Assembly (NCBI RefSeq): GCF_001017655.1
Contig: NZ_CP010904.1
Coordinates: forward strand, 840,001 to 872,000
Direction of reading: 5' to 3'
From: Kiritimatiella glycovorans
GTDB lineage: Bacteria > Verrucomicrobiota > Kiritimatiellia > Kiritimatiellales > Kiritimatiellaceae
DNA length: 32,000 nt
Notes under the pieces: generated by a model
The model's database searches: none
The model's input: the letters and a program-made list of their open reading frames with translations, nothing else
Told to the model about the DNA's origin: nothing
Part shown: positions 29,834 to 32,000 of the stretch, piece by piece
Layout of the letters: the number at the start of each line of letters is the position of its first letter
Position numbering within the stretch: the stretch's first letter is position 1
Made by a program: the position numbers and the translations under genes

Positions 29834-31267
29834 ATGAAGTTCACGTTCTGGAAGAGCACGCTGGCCGGGCTGATGACGCTCTGTCTCGCCGCACCGACCG
29901 CCATTTCGGCGCCCGCCGAATCACCGGACCTGCTCAGGGAAACCGGCGCCGCGTTCAGTCGTATCGCCGAAGACGCCGTGGACGCGGTCGTCTTCGTGCA
30001 GGCGGAACGGACGGTGGAAGTGAATATGCCGCAGTTCCCGGAGCCGTTCGAATTTTTCTTCCGTTCGCCGTTTGAAGGACGCGGCGGACCGCAGCAGCAG
30101 CCCCGCTCCCGGGAGTACCGCCAGAGGGGACAGGGCAGCGGATTCATTATCACGGAGGACGGCTATATCCTTACGAATTCCCATGTGGTGAAGGACGCCG
30201 AGAGCATAACCGTGACCATGCGCGACGGCAGTGAGCTCGAAGCGGAACTGATCGGCGCCGATACCAAGACCGAAGTGGCGCTGATCAAGGTCGACGGAAA
30301 AGACCTCCCGGTACTCGAACTCGGCGACTCCGATGCCATCAGGATCGGTGAATGGGTGCTCGCCGTAGGCAGCCCCTTCGGCCTCACCGAAACCGTGACC
30401 GCGGGTATCGTCAGTGCCAAAGGCCGGAGCAACATGGGCATCACCGATTACGAGTATTTCATTCAGACCGATGCCGCGATCAATCCCGGCAATTCCGGCG
30501 GTCCGCTGCTGAACATCGACGGCGAGGTGGTCGGCATCAATACCGCGATCTACAGCCGCAGCGGCGGTTACATGGGCATCGGGTTCGCCGTGCCGATCAA
30601 CATGGCCAAGATCGTCAAACAGCAGCTCATCGAGGAGGGCGAGGTCACCCGCAGCTACCTCGGGGTCTACATTCAGCCGGTCGACGAGACACTCGCGGAA
30701 TCCTTCGGACTCGACGAGGCCCGCGGCATCCTGATCTCGCAGGTCGAAGAGGGGTCCGCGGCCGATGAGGCGGGCCTCGAGCAGGGCGACATCATCCTCG
30801 AATTCAACGGCCGGTCGGTCGAGGATATGGGGTCGTTCCGGAACGAGGTCGCCACCACGCCCCCCGGCACGACGATCGAGCTGCGCATCAACCGCGACGG
30901 CAGGATGAAAAAGGTCAAGGCGACCCTGCAGCGGCTCGAAGAAGAGGAAATGGCCGCGGCGGATACGGAGCAGATGGTGGAAGACCTCGGAATCGCCGTG
31001 ACGGAACTGACCCCGGAAATGGCCGAGGAACTCGGATACGAGGATCTCGGTCGCGGCGTCGTGGTCGAACGCGTGGCCCAGGGAAGCCGGGCATGGCGCC
31101 ACGGAATCCGGCGCGGACACCTCATCCTCGAGGTAAACCGTCAGCCAGTGGAAGGCGTGGGCGATTTCAAAAAGGCGCTGCGTCAGTCCGAGGAGAGCGG
31201 GCTCGTGCTCCTGCTGGTCCGCGGTCCGCGCGGCACGCGTTATGTCCCGCTGAAGCTCGAGGACTGA
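29834..31267 (+). CDS. htrA: Periplasmic serine endoprotease, HtrA/DegP/DegQ family (protease + two PDZ domains)
   Basis: Signal peptide MKFTFWKSTLAGLMTLCLAAPTAISA. Catalytic motifs TNSHVV, D in ADTKTEVALIKV, and GNSGGPLLN. Two PDZ-like segments follow (GILISQVEEGSAADEAGLEQGDIILEFNG; GVVVERVAQGSRAWRHGIRRGHLILEVN). Confidence 0.9.
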   Translation: MKFTFWKSTLAGLMTLCLAAPTAISAPAESPDLLRETGAAFSRIAEDAVDAVVFVQAERTVEVNMPQFPEPFEFFFRSPFEGRGGPQQQPRSREYRQRGQGSGFIITEDGYILTNSHVVKDAESITVTMRDGSELEAELIGADTKTEVALIKVDGKDLPVLELGDSDAIRIGEWVLAVGSPFGLTETVTAGIVSAKGRSNMGITDYEYFIQTDAAINPGNSGGPLLNIDGEVVGINTAIYSRSGGYMGIGFAVPINMAKIVKQQLIEEGEVTRSYLGVYIQPVDETLAESFGLDEARGILISQVEEGSAADEAGLEQGDIILEFNGRSVEDMGSFRNEVATTPPGTTIELRINRDGRMKKVKATLQRLEEEEMAAADTEQMVEDLGIAVTELTPEMAEELGYEDLGRGVVVERVAQGSRAWRHGIRRGHLILEVNRQPVEGVGDFKKALRQSEESGLVLLLVRGPRGTRYVPLKLED

Positions 31268-31704
31268 GGGTCCCGTGCGAGGAGGTAGAGCGCGAGGGCG
31301 CGATACAGGGCGGTGCACGTGAGGATCGCGCAGTGGAGGTGGTCGCCCGGGATGCCGTCCAGTTCGCCGAGCAGCATACGGGGATGGATGCGGAGGGCCT
31401 CGAGGACGGCGAGGCCCTCGGCCTTCGAACAGGCCAGCGAGCCGCAGGCGTAGGTCGCCGCGCAGCCGTCCGTCTCGAAGCGCGCCCGGCGGAGCACTCC
31501 CTCCGCGATGTCCAGGTCGATCGTCATCGCGTCGCCGCACGGCCCCTTCACCGTCGCCGTCGCCGACGGATCTTCGATCCGCCCGCACCAGTCGCGGACG
31601 CGCGCCCAGCGGATGTACCCGGAGTCCTCGTAGGGGGCGTCCGTGACCACCTCGTCCCGGCGTCCCGTCAGCACGGATTTGAATGCCCTGCTGAAGCTGT
31701 TCAT
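31240..31704 (-). CDS. NifU/IscU-like N-terminal-domain Fe-S cluster scaffold protein
   Basis: Three scaffold Cys contexts: GPCGDAMTIDL, FETDGCAATYACGS, and GDHLHCAIL. 154 aa. The 3' end overlaps the htrA 3' end by 28 nt (convergent). Confidence 0.65.
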   Translation of the reverse strand: MNSFSRAFKSVLTGRRDEVVTDAPYEDSGYIRWARVRDWCGRIEDPSATATVKGPCGDAMTIDLDIAEGVLRRARFETDGCAATYACGSLACSKAEGLAVLEALRIHPRMLLGELDGIPGDHLHCAILTCTALYRALALYLLARDPQSSSFSGT

Positions 31705-31714
31705 GTCTCCCCCC

Positions 31715-32000
31715 TTAAAAGATGCGTTTCACCCATGAGCGCAGCGCGCCGGGGGCCTTTACGATCACCGCGGGCGTCTCGGTGCGGAACGCCACCTGCT
31801 CGGGAACCGACGGGCCGGTCATGCGGCGCAGCAGCGGTTCGCGCGTGCAGCCGATGACGATCAGGTCGTACTGCCGGCTCTCTTCGAGAAGGGTCTCCAC
31901 GACATCCTGCCCGGAGCGGGTCAGGCATTGGACGCGCCGGGCGAACGGGCCGAGGCGTTTGTTCTGTTCGCCTACGAAGCTCTCCAGCGAAAAGGGGCGC
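31715..32000 (-). CDS. Universal stress protein (UspA-family), C-terminal part; gene continues beyond the window end
   Basis: My translation shows the reading frame stays open from 31900 to base 32000. Usp-type C-terminus: YDLIVIGCTREPLLRRMTGPSVPEQVAFRTETPAVIVK. Confidence 0.6.
   Translation of the reverse strand, partial: RPFSLESFVGEQNKRLGPFARRVQCLTRSGQDVVETLLEESRQYDLIVIGCTREPLLRRMTGPSVPEQVAFRTETPAVIVKAPGALRSWVKRIF

Noticed and set aside
28246-30153. A 635-aa minus ORF and a 555-aa minus ORF (29921-31588).
   Set aside because: They are antisense to the sigma-54 regulator and to htrA respectively, both of which have complete catalytic and signature motifs.
1-32000. Mobile-element, prophage or defence-island signatures (integrase, transposase, TA pairs, restriction/modification, Cas, reverse transcriptase, tRNA-flanked islands).
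   Set aside because: No ORF of at least 60 aa in any frame shows the corresponding motifs. Every substantial ORF is accounted for by housekeeping or envelope functions or is an antisense shadow.

Overview
High-GC (roughly 65%) bacterial chromosomal window, densely coding. I found no rRNA, tRNA, CRISPR array, transposase, integrase, phage gene or known defence gene. Gene content and order:

- **1-8822:** a type II secretion operon, gspF(partial)-G-H-I-J-K-L-M-D, followed by a convergent short secretin-domain paralog.
- **9205-15992:** a tightly coupled cell-envelope cluster. It runs LapA-like small membrane protein, hexapeptide-repeat (GlmU-C-like) protein, glmM, an unknown aromatic-Pro repeat protein with an outer-membrane beta-signal, then mlaE-mlaF-mlaD.
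- **16018-17067:** an Arg-rich Zn-ribbon/OB-fold-like hypothetical protein.
- **17068-17688:** a 620-bp non-coding repeat-rich region.
- **17689-24236:** gtrA-family gene; on the minus strand coaC and coaB as two separate genes, frr, pyrH, a GHL10/DUF187-like hydrolase and a TPR-tailed polytopic membrane protein.
- **24395-32000:** mutS, then divergently a PAS histidine kinase, a sigma-54 NtrC-type regulator and htrA/degP. A NifU/IscU-like gene and a partial universal stress protein gene lie on the minus strand at the end.

Most of this is core housekeeping. I see no convincing new multi-gene system such as a defence island. The items most worth a second look are:

1. A dispersed, strand-asymmetric composite repeat family with four clear copies (near 3.7, 9.0, 20.9 and 24.3 kb). 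It has a G-rich head, a hexamer tract, and three TGAs at 7-nt spacing followed by TAA. One copy is fused onto the gspK 3' end and another is a perfect 47-bp tandem array.
2. A 282-aa minimal secretin paralog next to gspD.
3. The repeat protein wedged between glmM and mlaE, in an mla operon that lacks mlaA/B/C and whose MlaD carries a 4 x 35-aa extension.
4. A four-copy GTTCGTAGTAG-headed inverted element set at 17355-17537.

The many long antisense ORFs in the track are GC-driven shadow ORFs. All homology calls come from reading motifs by eye, not from database searches.
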